Assembly (NCBI RefSeq): GCF_009914755.1
Contig: NC_060939.1
Origin: the human T2T-CHM13v2.0 reference genome, Homo sapiens
DNA: 64,000 nucleotides
Direction: 5' to 3' (one strand)
Below the pieces are notes generated by a model. That model saw only the letters and a list, made by a program, of their open reading frames with translations, was not told where the DNA came from and did no database searches. The position numbers and the translations under genes were made by a program. Each line of letters begins with the position of its first letter. Position 1 is the first letter of the stretch. This document shows positions 62,427-64,000 of this stretch, piece by piece.

Positions 62427-62939
62427 TGTCAAGTTAATGCCTCTCAACTCCAAATTCATCCTTTTTGCCTGCTCGGGGAAAATGGATCCAATCCCTTTAC
62501 ATATTTTCCCTTTGCCAGCTGGTCAGGAAGCTTTGTCAGAAGAGGGTCATGTAGCAACATGGTGGGAGGAAAGGGTTTTGCTTTTGAGATCTGGGGCACA
62601 CAGTGAAGGGCTCCAGCAACCCCCAGCTGCCAGCAGATTTCAGCACCTCCCTTGGGGGTGTTGTGGCAGCGTGCCTCCAGGGAGATACCTGCTAATGAGC
62701 AGCTCTCCCAGAACCCTACAGGGCAGATTTATGGCAAGTTCCAGAGGGCTGGTTTCCAGCAAGTTCCGCTGGTACCATAAAGACTCCTTTCAAGAGGGTC
62801 TGCATGTCAGCCTGTGGGGAGCCTCTTCCTTGGGTGCTCAATATCCCAGAGGTGTGACTGCTTCTTATACCTGCTAGTCCTATATTCGTCAGAGTTGTTA
62901 CTAGCCAATCTCCCATTACTCTAATCCTGACTGGATGCA
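62427..62939 (+). mobile_element. ERVL solo LTR (LTR41/LTR33-like)
   Basis: Begins tgtc..gcctctcaactccaaattcatcc; tttgccagctgg; ttactagccaatctcccattactc near the end. Confidence 0.65.
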
Positions 62940-63778
62940 GTGTGCCTTGATGGAAAAGTCCAACCATCTTTATGTGCTTTACTCTAATACTAGATATCAA
63001 AGGCTGAGGGTATTCTGAGCAAGTCAAAAAAGGCCTCGGAAGTCCAAATGAGAAGGGAGAGCCCCCTCATTTTCCCTCCTAACACTGTTGGTAGAGTTTG
63101 CTTTACTTTATTGTGCTTATAAATTAGGTGATGACTTGAGGTTTCAGGAAGATGTGATTCTGCCCTTTTGCTCCCACTGATTCCAAAATTTAATGTCTCC
63201 ATGAGCCAGCTGTCACTTTCCACTAGGGCAATACTTTCTCACTGTTACTAAACATAATTGGGATATTTTCCTAGCAAAACTAATAAACCTCAAAAATGCC
63301 AATTAGACATTTGGCATCTGAAAGGGTCAAGTTCCCTTTCGAGCCAGAGCTCTCCCCTCATGGTCTTCCCTTCAAGATGTGTTTCTCTTGGCTCTGTAAT
63401 AAAACTCCACAATATACTGTGATCTAGGTTGCCATCTATCAGCCCCTTCCTAACCTAAATCTTGACCCAATGAATTAATTCTTAGAAATGCTCCAGGCGG
63501 CTACTGCTGTCTCCTGTTGTATGCAGAAGAAACTCCACTTGGGGAAGGTTGTGTCAGAGGCTTTTTCTCCAAAATGAGTCCACCTCTGTCTGGAGGCAGC
63601 TCCCTGTCTTCCCTCTCCCTGCACTCTCCTGTAACTGAGATGCTTGCAGGAGGGCCCGGGGCGGTTGGACCCCTGCCTACTTTTCCAGTTCTTCTGTGCC
63701 CCTCTTCCCCTCAGTCTGTGATACTGCAACTGTGAGGGGTCTGCTTTCTAATCTTTGAAAGCAAAAGGCAAAGTTCTT

Positions 63779-64000
63779 GTTTTCTTTTCTTTTTTTTTTT
63801 TTTTTTGAGATAAGATCTTGCTCTGTCACCCAGGCTGGAGTTTAGTGGCATGATCATGGCTCACTGAAGCCTTGACTTTCTGGGTTCAAGCAATCCTCCC
63901 ACCTCAGCCTCCTAAGTAGCTGGGACCACAGGCATGCACTACCACACCCAGCTAGTTTTTCATTTTTAGTAGTGATGAGGTCTTACTATATTGCCCAGGC
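63779..64000 (-). mobile_element. AluJ-like (cut by window end)
   Basis: Poly-T, gatcatggctcactg, caagcaatcctcccacctcagcc. Confidence 0.92.

Noticed and set aside
62134-62877. 247-aa plus-strand ORF as a novel gene
   Set aside because: Starts at TTG, the first third is the 63-bp repeat and the rest is LTR-derived; no recognisable domain.

Overview
Primate (almost certainly human) genomic DNA lying within CERS3 (ceramide synthase 3, LASS3), transcribed on the minus strand. I rebuilt nine coding exons by hand: 52526-52354, 41635-41521, 35371-35253, 30748-30691, 30180-30130, 26880-26788, 23755-23627, 20187-20081 and 6769-6616. All have canonical AG/GT boundaries and matching phases. Together they give 999 nt = 333 uninterrupted codons ([10 protein letters not shown]...LNRCIFMK), covering the Hox-like domain and the TLC/Lag1p catalytic motif. 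No stop codon is reached, so the last coding exon lies beyond position 1; I saw no CpG-island promoter in the window. The rest is intron rich in Alus (about 20, many with visible TSDs), old L1s (including a near-full-length L1MA at 1-6330), L2/MIR, MaLR/ERVL LTRs, hAT DNA transposons, microsatellites and a 63-bp minisatellite. Repeat subfamily names come from remembered consensus motifs, not a database search. I found no convincing new biological system. The best second-look items are a candidate GC-donor alternative exon adding MLHTTARRAAR to the N-terminus, a 45-bp local templated insertion inside an Alu, two further fold-back repair scars, inverted Alu pairs around exons, and the 63-bp repeat.
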